A stretch of 64,000 bases of DNA from Deltaproteobacteria bacterium (GTDB lineage: Bacteria; Desulfobacterota; BSN033; UBA1163): positions 21,823 through 85,822 of the forward strand of contig VGSS01000001.1 in NCBI GenBank assembly GCA_016874935.1, written 5' to 3'. Shown here piece after piece: positions 10,111-19,656 of this stretch. A model generated the notes under the pieces. The model was not told the DNA's origin, did not search any database, and saw only the letters and a list, made by a program, of their open reading frames with translations. The position numbers and the translations under genes are program-made. Numbering within the stretch: position 1 is the first letter of the stretch; every line of letters begins with the position of its first letter.

Positions 10111-10204
10111 GAATGACGACCTTTTGAAAAATCTTTAGTTTATGGACAGACTCTAATTAAAAACATTTTGCAATGCTAATTTTGCAATGACTATTTTTCA
10201 ACGA

Positions 10205-11143
10205 TTATTTTAAACCCATTCCTTCAGGACATCCTTTGAGGTGCCACCAAAGTAGATAAGCATAAGTTGCCAATTTAATTCTCCATTTTTTTACTGCAAA
10301 ACCTGTCAGGATGCAAGCAATAACCATAGAAAGAAATTCAAACCCCAATTTAATCAGCAGTCCGATCAGAAGAACAAACCATTGCCGGAACCCTCTATTC
10401 TTTTTAAAAAATTGGTAGCGGGAGTGGTAATACTCGACCTTTGCCCTCTTTTTATCCTTCTCGGCACTCTTCCCTTGAAAATGATAAACTTCAGCTTGAG
10501 GCACGTGATAGACCTTCCATCCTGCTTTCTTCATCCGATAACACCAATCCGTCTCTTCTAAAAAGAGGAAGTAATCCTCATCTAACAACCCCACCTGCTC
10601 CATGGCCGCCCGCCTGACCATCATACAGGCGCCAATGACCGAATCCACCTCAACAGGATCACGATAGTCCCTGCCCTTCCCCGGAAATGTTTTCGGGAAA
10701 AACCATCTTAAAAGGCTTTTATTGAGCAGTTCTGTAGCCATGGATGGGAAATTGGCAATCGAGTTCTGTTTCGATCCATCGGAGTTGAGAAGCTGAACGC
10801 CCGCTACGCTTGCTGTTGGATAGCTATCCATAAAAGCCATCAGGGTTTCAATGGACCCTTGCTTCAGCCGTGTATCCGGGTTCAGGAGGAGAAAATATCT
10901 TCCTCTCGATAGCTTCAGGGCCTGATTATTAGCCCTGGCATATCCGAGGTTCAACGAATTGTGGATAAGGATCGCTTCAGGAAATTCTGCCCTCACCGCT
11001 TCTTCGCTTCCATCAATCGATCCGTTATCAACGACCAAGATTTCCCATGAATGTTCTTCTCTTTTCTGGAAAAGGGATTCCATACAATTAAGAAGATCAT
11101 CTTTAGTATTCCAATTGACAATAATAATGGATAGAGATATCAC
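10205..11143 (-). CDS. Family 2 glycosyltransferase
   Basis: SIIIVNWNTKD...DNGSIDGS and DxD motifs; C-terminal TM helix. Confidence 0.8.
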   Translation of the reverse strand: MISLSIIIVNWNTKDDLLNCMESLFQKREEHSWEILVVDNGSIDGSEEAVRAEFPEAILIHNSLNLGYARANNQALKLSRGRYFLLLNPDTRLKQGSIETLMAFMDSYPTASVAGVQLLNSDGSKQNSIANFPSMATELLNKSLLRWFFPKTFPGKGRDYRDPVEVDSVIGACMMVRRAAMEQVGLLDEDYFLFLEETDWCYRMKKAGWKVYHVPQAEVYHFQGKSAEKDKKRAKVEYYHSRYQFFKKNRGFRQWFVLLIGLLIKLGFEFLSMVIACILTGFAVKKWRIKLATYAYLLWWHLKGCPEGMGLK

Positions 11144-11174
11144 AGCTTTAACAACTCTACATTTTAGATTTTTT

Positions 11175-11882
11175 CTACAAATGCTTTGCTATAAATATCA
11201 GAATCTGACCTTCCAAGATAGTGTCGGAGACGAAATAAGGGTCCATTGGAAATATCTTTTTTGTCTTTTTCCTAACAAGCCATTTGATGAATGGATAGAT
11301 ACTCTTCCACTTTTTAACCTTCTTATTTGTTTCGACCCTACATATTTTAAATCCACATTTTTCAAGAATTAATTTCATTTCCGCATAGAAGATAGGATTG
11401 ATATGCTGTTGATAATAAACTTCCGTTTTATTTCTCTCCTCCGGCAGAAGAGGATCATAATATTCGAAGAAATCAAGATAGCCATAAAATAAAAATTTTA
11501 ACCTCGATTTTATTGTCATCACATTGGGTGTCGTAATAACCAGATAACCATCTCGCCTGACAAGTCTTGCAAATTCTTTTATCAAATGATGAGGGTTCTC
11601 TATATGTTCGATCCCCTCGACACAAACCACATAATCGAATGTGCCGTCTTTAAAGGGAAAAGATTTATTCAAATCGAATTGAATACATCTCCCGTTCCTG
11701 TATAGAATGTTTTCTCTTTGAATATCTCCTAGAAATAATTTAAACCCAAGTGCTTCAATATCTTCTGATAACGCCCCTTGCCCTGAAGGTGCATCGAGAA
11801 TAGTCCCTCTCATGAATTCCTTCACGCATTCGGACACCTTCTCATGAACACCCTTCCCGGAATATCTCCTTAGGGATTCCAT
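11175..11882 (-). CDS. Class I SAM-dependent methyltransferase
   Basis: ILDAPSGQGALS (motif I) and FDYVVCVEGIEH pattern. Confidence 0.75.
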   Translation of the reverse strand: MESLRRYSGKGVHEKVSECVKEFMRGTILDAPSGQGALSEDIEALGFKLFLGDIQRENILYRNGRCIQFDLNKSFPFKDGTFDYVVCVEGIEHIENPHHLIKEFARLVRRDGYLVITTPNVMTIKSRLKFLFYGYLDFFEYYDPLLPEERNKTEVYYQQHINPIFYAEMKLILEKCGFKICRVETNKKVKKWKSIYPFIKWLVRKKTKKIFPMDPYFVSDTILEGQILIFIAKHL

Positions 11883-11966
11883 TCAAGGGACCCTTTCGCC
11901 GGACTTGAACTATCTGTTTTGCTCTTTCGAGCCATGACTATCTGCAAATCAAATGACCCTCTCTCT

Positions 11967-13598
11967 TCAAAACGACTCCTCCTTAACCACCCCATGGGGA
12001 GAGACATAGACGATTCCTCTTTCCCTGCTTTTCTGGAGGAGCCTTCGAAGAAAGGGTTTCCCCTTCTTCAACGGCGGCTTAAAATCACCATACTCGTTAA
12101 AAAATCTCATGCGATCGGTTCTTGTGATCGTTTTGGGAACAGAGGTGTTGAGTTGGAGAAGATTTTTCATTAATCGTTTCTCATCCACATTGACATCCAG
12201 CCGGGTATCTTCGAGGTCGAGAAGGTAAAACTCCCATCGGTCTCCGCTCTTCTGCACCAGGATATTGCAGGCCTTCATGTCCTGATGGTAGATCCCCTTC
12301 TGATGAAGAGAAGATAGCCAACGGGCAAACGCTTTGACAAATGCCCTTTTCTTCTCCCTCTTCTCTAAATCGCTTAAAATATACCGGTCCATCTCAAGCC
12401 CATCCCGAAGGGCCTCCATAAACAAAAAACTTTCCCTTCTCCCCGACCAGCCTCTTCTCTCCAAAAGGGCCAGGGGGGTAATCGAAGAAACCCCTCTAAC
12501 TTTTAATCCATTTCCTCCGACCCACGCCCGAATTCCCTTCGAAGGGAGAAGATATCGACTCCACCGCCCTCCGCCATAAGAATAGATGAACTGTTTGACA
12601 TAAATATCTTTGTCTCCGCGCTTTAAGTAAGAAACTCTGCTTTTTGTATCTTTTTTGATCAATTCGCATGGCTCTCGGCTGGAGATCCGGAGGTGTTCTT
12701 CTACCCCCTGGATTACCTCTTCGAGGTCAAATTCCCTTCGGCGGTAGACGATTCGATCATTCTTTTTAACGACGGAGAACTCTGTGCTCTCTTTCAGGCA
12801 TCGTTTCGTTCTGCTCCGCCACTGCCTCTTCTGGAGGCGATCCATTGAAGAGTGGATTTTCATAAGATATTTTTTTTTCTTTTGCGAGGAGATTGAAACT
12901 CCTCCAAAATATCGGTCGAGAAACCTCAAATGCTCTTTCTCCCCCCAGATGGACCTTAAGGAGTGAAAGAGGTGGGACAGGTTCCATAATCTCTGATTTA
13001 GGGAGAGAGAACGGAGGAGTCTGGCGCGATGCAAATCGACAAGAAAGAAGGATTCTCCATTCCACAAGAAGTTGCCTGCGTGGAGGTCCTGGTGAAGCAA
13101 TCCCGATGCATGCATTCTTATTATCGTTTTAACCAGTTCCGCCGAAACCTTTTCATCCTTCAGTAGATCGGCGATTTCTGTCAATGAAACTCCTGATTCA
13201 ACGGCCTCCGACAGATAATAACTTTCTTTTACTAGACCACGATGAATCCGCTCTATCCACCCAAGGGGTTTGGGGATATTAAGTTTTCGCTTCTTCAGTT
13301 GATAGGCAACAAACCATTCTTTCCTCCCTTTTGAGGGAAAAACCAGATATTTCAATAATGCCATCCATCCTTTGGTTCGATCCCTTTTTAAAAAAATGCT
13401 CTTTCCGTTGGAGAGGGGATGGATAGCCGCCCATCGAAGCATTGATTTCTTGACCACCTTTCCTTCCATCTTTTGAACGGAAGAAAGTGGATCCTTAAAA
13501 TAAGCGGCGGGGAGAAGATTCCATACTTCTTCTTCCAACCATCCTTTGATATCGCCTTGAACTATTTTTTTATAAGAGGATATGGTCGTCTCCTTCAT
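11967..13598 (-). CDS. Tandem-domain lipopolysaccharide kinase (Kdo/WaaP/InaA family), two kinase-like domains fused
   Basis: Two catalytic-loop signatures: HQDLHAGNFLW..LVDLHRAR in the N-terminal half and YHQDMKACNILV...LLDLEDTR in the C-terminal half. At 543 aa it is about twice the normal family size. Confidence 0.7.
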   Translation of the reverse strand: MKETTISSYKKIVQGDIKGWLEEEVWNLLPAAYFKDPLSSVQKMEGKVVKKSMLRWAAIHPLSNGKSIFLKRDRTKGWMALLKYLVFPSKGRKEWFVAYQLKKRKLNIPKPLGWIERIHRGLVKESYYLSEAVESGVSLTEIADLLKDEKVSAELVKTIIRMHASGLLHQDLHAGNFLWNGESFFLVDLHRARLLRSLSLNQRLWNLSHLFHSLRSIWGEKEHLRFLDRYFGGVSISSQKKKKYLMKIHSSMDRLQKRQWRSRTKRCLKESTEFSVVKKNDRIVYRRREFDLEEVIQGVEEHLRISSREPCELIKKDTKSRVSYLKRGDKDIYVKQFIYSYGGGRWSRYLLPSKGIRAWVGGNGLKVRGVSSITPLALLERRGWSGRRESFLFMEALRDGLEMDRYILSDLEKREKKRAFVKAFARWLSSLHQKGIYHQDMKACNILVQKSGDRWEFYLLDLEDTRLDVNVDEKRLMKNLLQLNTSVPKTITRTDRMRFFNEYGDFKPPLKKGKPFLRRLLQKSRERGIVYVSPHGVVKEESF

Positions 13599-13689
13599 AT
13601 TTCATTTTCAAGATTAAAAATGATGGGCACTTGCTCCATTTAATATGGCAACCTTCTTTGCACCCGTCTCAATTTGATCCCTTACAACC

Positions 13690-14706
13690 TCAAATTTTCT
13701 CTGTCGCCCCCATAAGGGTTGATAAAAGGCGGGGGGCATTGGCCTCAATAGAATAATTTCTTTCCACAATCTCCCTTCCCTTAAGTCCCATTTCTTTTCT
13801 CAGTTCCCTTTCATGAATCAATTTCAAAAGACGATCCTCCCATTGAGCCTCATTTTGGGCCCAAAAACCATTCACCCCATCCTTTACAATCTCTCTGTTG
13901 ACTCCAACCGGTGTGCAGACCGCTGGAATACCTACACTGTTGTACTGAAGAATTTTCAAACCGCATTTTCCTTTTGACCAGAGATCATCTGCGAGAGGCA
14001 TTACACCAATATCAAAACTTTTAAGATCTTCCACCTCTTCTGCCAAGGACCATTTTTTCTTAATGATAGGCACGTTGGCAGAATCTATAAATTCGCTACA
14101 CACTATTTTAAGTTGGATATTAATTTGTTTTTTAAAGATATTTTCAAAGATTGGAATGAGGTTCCTTAAAAATCCTAAACCACTCCTGCTCCCAAACCAA
14201 CCAATGGTAATTGGCTTTGAGTGGTCAAAATCTTTTTTTAAAGTATATTGAGACAGATCGATAGAGGTAGGGATGATTACAACATTTGAATTATATGGAA
14301 GAGCCTCTGATTTCAAAAACTGATTTCCCGCGATCACCCCATCCACCCGTCTCATCATCAAGGCGAACTTTATCCTCCTCGAAAAGGAGTAAGGATTTTT
14401 CGATCTGGGGCTCCGGTACATAATAGCATCGTCAAAATCATAGATTATTTTTTTTGCCTTCTGCCGAATATACAAAAACTCTATCGGCGAAAAAAGTTTT
14501 CTTTGGATAAAAATGATGTCATACCCCCCTACCGTATTACAAAAACTCCATTTATCCAGGAACTTGTGTTTAAATAAATGAGTCGAAACATCCATGCCCA
14601 TTCTTTTTAGATAAGGGATAAATTGAAGTACGCGGTAGCGACAGCTGGGAGCTTCCGGATCATGAATCAAAAAGGCAATCTTCGTCATCTCTCCTAAGTC
14701 CTTCAT
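13690..14706 (-). CDS. Glycosyltransferase (GT-B fold, GT4/GT1-like)
   Basis: C-terminal GT-B nucleotide-binding pattern (…GIPAVCTPVGVNREIV…). Confidence 0.65.
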   Translation of the reverse strand: MKDLGEMTKIAFLIHDPEAPSCRYRVLQFIPYLKRMGMDVSTHLFKHKFLDKWSFCNTVGGYDIIFIQRKLFSPIEFLYIRQKAKKIIYDFDDAIMYRSPRSKNPYSFSRRIKFALMMRRVDGVIAGNQFLKSEALPYNSNVVIIPTSIDLSQYTLKKDFDHSKPITIGWFGSRSGLGFLRNLIPIFENIFKKQINIQLKIVCSEFIDSANVPIIKKKWSLAEEVEDLKSFDIGVMPLADDLWSKGKCGLKILQYNSVGIPAVCTPVGVNREIVKDGVNGFWAQNEAQWEDRLLKLIHERELRKEMGLKGREIVERNYSIEANAPRLLSTLMGATEKI

Positions 14707-14788
14707 TAAAGCTTTCGAGCCGCCAATAAGATAGGTTTTGCAAAATCGATTGAAAAAAAACGAAAAAAGGGAGTACAGAGGTAAATTT

Positions 14789-14914
14789 TCATGACGTATG
14801 TATAGATGGATTGGTATCTTTATCTCCTTCCTTTTTAAAATAGATTATGTATCGAAGTATGCGATAATGAGAGCTGGGAGCCTCTGGACCATAAATCAAG
14901 AAAGGGACCTTCAT
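14789..14914 (-). pseudogene. Duplicated 5' fragment (about 41 codons) of a glycosyltransferase gene paralogous to 13690..14706
   Basis: Translates to MKVPFLIYGPEAPSSHYRILRYIIYFKKEGDKDTNPSIHTS, compared with MTKIAFLIHDPEAPSCRYRVLQFIPYLKRMGMDVSTHLF at the start of the upstream gene. It is too short for the ORF track. Confidence 0.45.
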
Positions 14915-14917
14915 TTG

Positions 14918-16021
14918 TCAAACCATTTCTCCCATAAATTTTAAAAGATGCTCTTTTGTTATCTTTAAGGTGTAATGTTTGGCTACCCCAAGACCATTTT
15001 TGATACAATTTTCTCTCAACCCTTTGTCCTCCATAAATGCCAGAATCCCCTCAACTATTTTATCAGGCCTATGGGTCGGGACAAAATAAGCAAAATCCAT
15101 CTTCTCATCGAAATTTTTATAACTCGATATTTCAGTAAGTATGGAAGGCGCCCCGGAAGCAAGCGCCTCCATCGCTGGTAAACCAAACCCTTCAACTTCA
15201 AGGGAAGAAGAGATAAAGATATCGGTGTTTCGATAAAGGTTTGCCATCTCTTTTTCGGATAGTGCTTCATAGAATCTATCAACAATCTTCCCCTCTAACT
15301 CTTTTCTGGAGGGGGGAATAGGGGATACTCTCGTCAGGTCTACTTTGACCCCTTTATCTTTCAGCAATTTTATCGCATGGAGAGTATCCTGTATACCTTT
15401 GAAACCTACCTGCATCGAACCTACCGATAAAATTTTAATATTCCCGTTTTCTCCCCAAACTCTTTTTTCGTCATGATAGAAAATCCTATGATCTATCCCA
15501 TTCTGTATTAAATGACATTTCTGCCTATATTTCTTTTCTATTAGTTCCACAAGATGTTTTGACACAGCAGCTTTAACTGTTGGGAGCGCATAAATAGATT
15601 CAACCCTCTTGATCTTCCTCTTCGATTTCAGGACATTTAAATATTGCCTAATGCTGGAGTGAATCCCTCCCTTTAAATACTTCTCTTGTATAAATTCTTT
15701 TTTAATTCTTGCCATATACTTTATGGGTTCGTAACCTTGGCAAAGGTGAACTACTTTTCTCCTCTTATGTTTAAAGAGATATTCCACGTCACGAATGGTG
15801 GTTCCAACGAATAGGTCACACTCTGGAACATCGTCCAGAGGGTCGCTCCTCGAAATCGTCAATGCCTCGGCCCATTCTCCATACACATCCAGTTTTCCTT
15901 CAATTTTTCTCGTTAGGAGCACTGCTTCATACCCCATCTCTCTTAAGAGGGTTAAATGTTGTAAAACAACCTTGATTCCACCTGAAGTGCCGATATGGCC
16001 CATAAAATACCCTATTTTCAT
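14918..16021 (-). CDS. Family 4 glycosyltransferase (GT-B)
   Basis: GT4-like C-terminal EGFGLPAMEALASG motif. Confidence 0.75.
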   Translation of the reverse strand: MKIGYFMGHIGTSGGIKVVLQHLTLLREMGYEAVLLTRKIEGKLDVYGEWAEALTISRSDPLDDVPECDLFVGTTIRDVEYLFKHKRRKVVHLCQGYEPIKYMARIKKEFIQEKYLKGGIHSSIRQYLNVLKSKRKIKRVESIYALPTVKAAVSKHLVELIEKKYRQKCHLIQNGIDHRIFYHDEKRVWGENGNIKILSVGSMQVGFKGIQDTLHAIKLLKDKGVKVDLTRVSPIPPSRKELEGKIVDRFYEALSEKEMANLYRNTDIFISSSLEVEGFGLPAMEALASGAPSILTEISSYKNFDEKMDFAYFVPTHRPDKIVEGILAFMEDKGLRENCIKNGLGVAKHYTLKITKEHLLKFMGEMV

Positions 16022-16037
16022 TCGAAACGCCTTGCCT

Positions 16038-17240
16038 TTACTTCGACCGCCGCGACCATTGGCCCTGTTGGGCCACGGGCGTATTGAGAAACTCTTTTAG
16101 AACTCTATCCATCCCAATAAAATTTATTTTATTTGAATGCATCTCTGCTTTCATCCTTCCCGAATGTGAAGCCTCATGCCTCATGTCCTCTTTAAAAAAA
16201 TATCTGATGGCCATTTTCAATTCTTCCAAATCTTTTATTGTTTTTATGATCAAACCATCTTTTCCATGATTCAGAATCCCACTCGCACCAGTGGAAGAGG
16301 TGGTAATCACCGGCAGTCCGCTGGCGAGGGCTTCGAGCACGGTGAGTGAAAATGCATCATAAAAAGCAGGGTGGATAAAAAGGTCTGCGGCGCCATAATA
16401 TTTCTCGGGTTCCTTCGTTGAACCCGCAAAAATGATCTCCGAAGAAATTCCCGTCTTCTTTATCAAACGAAGGTAAGGGCCTTTTCGATCTCTACCTAAA
16501 ATGAGAAGTTTGAAGGGAGGGTGATCTTCTTTCTTAATGTCCGCTAACGCCTTGAGGAGGTGCTCCAGCCCTTTCATCCTGAAATTGTTGGAGACAAAAA
16601 GCATCACAAAATCGTCCCCGATTCCGAATCGTTCTCTGATGTCTTCTCGATATTGGCGGTTCCGGGGATGAAAGCGTTCAATATCGACCCCATTGTAAAG
16701 GACCTCAATCTTATTCTCTGGAATGTCATACCAGCGAATGATGTCCTGTTTCACCATGTCGGAGATAGCTACGATCTTATGGAATCTCTTCTTTTTGTAA
16801 GGAGCATTTTCGATCCAGCCACTCACCCACTGTTTAGGGCTAAGCACTCTTCCCAGTAGTTTTATCGTCCATAGAATCGGGTTGTCATAAGCCTTGAGGC
16901 TTCGCCAGAACCATGCCCAATGGACCCCACCGTGGGGTTGAATCACGTCGGCCTCCAGGGTATTTCCAACCCCCAGTGTGACATCGTAATCTCCTCTTTT
17001 CATCTCTCTCGTTGCCTTAATGGCAAAAGAGAGAAGACGGAGACTCTTGGGGAATGGAAGCGTCTTTACTCGATGGAGATGGATTCCCTGGGCCTCTTCG
17101 TCCCAATGCTCCGCATAGACATGGACTTCGTGGCCTTCCTTAGCCATCCAGATGCAGAGGTCAACGATATACCTTTCGGCTCCCCCCTTTCTTCTGGAAA
17201 AACTTGGAATGGCCGTTGCGAACTTCATTATTTCTTCCAC
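16038..17240 (-). CDS. Family 4 glycosyltransferase (GT-B)
   Basis: FSLTVLEALASGLPVITT motif. Confidence 0.8.
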   Translation of the reverse strand: MEEIMKFATAIPSFSRRKGGAERYIVDLCIWMAKEGHEVHVYAEHWDEEAQGIHLHRVKTLPFPKSLRLLSFAIKATREMKRGDYDVTLGVGNTLEADVIQPHGGVHWAWFWRSLKAYDNPILWTIKLLGRVLSPKQWVSGWIENAPYKKKRFHKIVAISDMVKQDIIRWYDIPENKIEVLYNGVDIERFHPRNRQYREDIRERFGIGDDFVMLFVSNNFRMKGLEHLLKALADIKKEDHPPFKLLILGRDRKGPYLRLIKKTGISSEIIFAGSTKEPEKYYGAADLFIHPAFYDAFSLTVLEALASGLPVITTSSTGASGILNHGKDGLIIKTIKDLEELKMAIRYFFKEDMRHEASHSGRMKAEMHSNKINFIGMDRVLKEFLNTPVAQQGQWSRRSK

Positions 17241-18394
17241 CTGCCAAGCTTGATCATGGCCTCATAAAATTTCTCAACCTCATCCGCTTGGCGGTCCAAT
17301 CGAAACCCCTGGTGGGCCTTCTCGTAGGCGGCTTCACCCATCTTTCTTCTCAACGTCGGATCTCTTAGGAGTTGAAGGGCAGCCTCAGCTAGGCCTTCAG
17401 AAGTATCCTCCACCACAAAACCCGAAACCCCATCTTCGACCAGTTCAGGCAAGATCCCTCGATCGGCCACAATGGTAGGTTTTCCCATGGCCATGGCCTC
17501 CCTCAGGGCTCTCGCTGTTCCATCCGAACCCGCCATCAGGAAAACAAATATATCCATACAGGCCAATGTATCAAGATAGTCTCCCGTCTGATATCCTCCG
17601 AGAACCACCCACGGCTCGATACTTAACCTTTTCATCGGTTCTACGACGCTCTCATTCATCTGGCTCGAACGGCCCACCAGAAGCACCTTGATCCTCGGAA
17701 ATTCTTTAACGATCCTTTTGACTGCCTCTAAAAAGACCTCTGTCCTCCGATATTTCTGGAACCGTGCCACCATTCCGATGACGATCTCATCCTTTCCAAT
17801 CCCGAACATGGACCTCATGTCCTTGAATTCTCTCTCAGGACGGTATCGGTCCAGATCTAAAGCAGGGTTAACCTTGCCGACTCTATCAAGTGGAAGTCCG
17901 AAATGTTCCGCATTTTCCCTTCTCGCCCTTTCGGAGAAGGTGATCATTCCGTCGGTCAGTTTCGAAATGAGAAGACGATTCCCGGGGTGGGGGCTTATCG
18001 AATCCCGTTTATGATCCGTCCGTATTACAACGACAGAAGTATTTGACCTTCTGGCGGCAACTCCCCCCAGGATATGGTCGTGAGATTGGTGGACATTGAG
18101 CACATCCACCTTTTCCGCGCGAAGGTAATTGGTCAGGTTCAAAATATCAGAGAGATTATCCCTGATCGAGGAGGGGGAATAAAATTTCAGGGGGCGATTT
18201 AAGCGAAACCGGTCTGTTGCACAAACACTTCTTTCCAGAACCCTTTTTTCTAAACTATCCTCGACAGGAAGCGGAGACTTTCGGTAAGCGAGCGTTACAT
18301 CATGGCCTCTTCTCTCCAATTCTTTACATAAACTTACAATCGGTTCTGAGGGCCCTGTCCATTTCCAGTCACTGAAGAGGTGGAGGATCTTCAA
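17228..18394 (-). CDS. Family 4 glycosyltransferase (GT-B)
   Basis: GT4 architecture with ALREAMAMGKPTIV motif. Confidence 0.8.
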   Translation of the reverse strand: MKILHLFSDWKWTGPSEPIVSLCKELERRGHDVTLAYRKSPLPVEDSLEKRVLERSVCATDRFRLNRPLKFYSPSSIRDNLSDILNLTNYLRAEKVDVLNVHQSHDHILGGVAARRSNTSVVVIRTDHKRDSISPHPGNRLLISKLTDGMITFSERARRENAEHFGLPLDRVGKVNPALDLDRYRPEREFKDMRSMFGIGKDEIVIGMVARFQKYRRTEVFLEAVKRIVKEFPRIKVLLVGRSSQMNESVVEPMKRLSIEPWVVLGGYQTGDYLDTLACMDIFVFLMAGSDGTARALREAMAMGKPTIVADRGILPELVEDGVSGFVVEDTSEGLAEAALQLLRDPTLRRKMGEAAYEKAHQGFRLDRQADEVEKFYEAMIKLGRWKK

Positions 18395-19554
18395 TAAAAC
18401 CTCCTCTTCCCTCTATTCGTCCGTCGGTCGGATAAATCATTAAAAAGGCGGATCGCCCCTGCCACTTCATCCATTTCTGATTCGGTAAGTTCGGGGAAGA
18501 GCGGGAGCGAAAGCACCTGTCCAGAAAATCGTTCCGTTATGCGGAAATTCCCTCTTTGACATCCTAAATCTCTGTATGCTTTCTGGAGATGGATCGGGAT
18601 AGGATAGTGGATGAGGGTATCAATCCCCCTTTTTTTTAAAGAGGCATGAAGACCATTTCTTTTCTTTGATCGAATAACGAAGAGATGATAAACATGGCGG
18701 CTTCCTTCCTTCTCGGCCGGACAAACCACCCCTGTTCCTTCAAGCTCCTTCTTGTAGCGATGGGCTTTCGCCCTTCTCTGCTCATTCCATTGATCGAGAT
18801 ACCTCAATTTGACCCGCAGGAGTGCGGCCTGGATTTCATCCAGACGGCTATTCCCCCCCTGAAGGATATGCTCATATTTCTTCTTCTCTCCATAACAACG
18901 AAGAAGCCGGAGTTTCTTATAAAGTTTTTTATCATCCGTGATCACCATCCCGCCGTCTCCGAACCCGCCCAGGTTCTTCGTCGGATAGAAGCTAAAACAG
19001 CCCATTGCTCCGAACGAACCCGCCTTCTTGTTGTTAAACTCCGCGCCGTGGGCCTGGCAGGCATCCTCAATGATATGGAGATTGTATCGATCGGCAATTT
19101 CCATAATCGCTCCCATCTCTGCCGGATGGCCATAGAGATGGACAGGAAGAATCGCTTTGATCCTCTGCCTTTTGCCTGTTGCCCTTCGCCTCTTAAGAAG
19201 GGCCTCAAGGGCATCAGGATCCAGATTGTAAGTCTCCGGTTCAATATCGACAAAGATGGGTTTTGCTCCTGTGAAAGAAATGGCTAAAGCTGAGGCAATA
19301 AATGAATTGGCAACCGTCACAACCTCATCGCCTTCTCCGACACCCGCTGCCTTTAAGGCCAAATAGATCGCATCCGTTCCGGAATTCACCCCAACGCCAT
19401 ATCGAACCCCGCAATAACGGGCAAATTCCTCCTCAAATGTGGAAACCTCTTCGCCGAGAATGAACCGACCTTTTTCAAAGACCCGCCTCGTGGCAGAGAG
19501 GATCTCCTCTTCAATTTCTTTGTATTGCCTTGTCAAATCGATGAAGGGAACCAT
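18391..19554 (-). CDS. DegT/DnrJ/EryC1/StrS-family PLP-dependent sugar aminotransferase (WbpE-like)
   Basis: Full-length match to the sugar aminotransferase pattern (…NSGTDAIYLAL…, FYPTKNLG lysine region). Confidence 0.9.
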   Translation of the reverse strand: MVPFIDLTRQYKEIEEEILSATRRVFEKGRFILGEEVSTFEEEFARYCGVRYGVGVNSGTDAIYLALKAAGVGEGDEVVTVANSFIASALAISFTGAKPIFVDIEPETYNLDPDALEALLKRRRATGKRQRIKAILPVHLYGHPAEMGAIMEIADRYNLHIIEDACQAHGAEFNNKKAGSFGAMGCFSFYPTKNLGGFGDGGMVITDDKKLYKKLRLLRCYGEKKKYEHILQGGNSRLDEIQAALLRVKLRYLDQWNEQRRAKAHRYKKELEGTGVVCPAEKEGSRHVYHLFVIRSKKRNGLHASLKKRGIDTLIHYPIPIHLQKAYRDLGCQRGNFRITERFSGQVLSLPLFPELTESEMDEVAGAIRLFNDLSDRRTNRGKRRFY

Positions 19555-19656
19555 CTTCTAAACCCCATTCCCCGCTTGTCATGCTGAACTTGTTTCAGCA
19601 TCTCATGAGACCCTGAACCGAGTTCAGGGTGACAACTTTTTAATCTTTTTGATGTC

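Noticed and set aside
18685-19287. Long antisense ORFs inside confident CDSs (for example 18685..19287 +, 19993..20682 +, 26056..26835 +, 41453..42313 +, 53107..53703 +, 56285..57250 -)
   Set aside because: Each lies fully within a gene with strong family motifs on the opposite strand. None has recognisable motifs, and their composition is typical of shadow frames in GC-moderate DNA.
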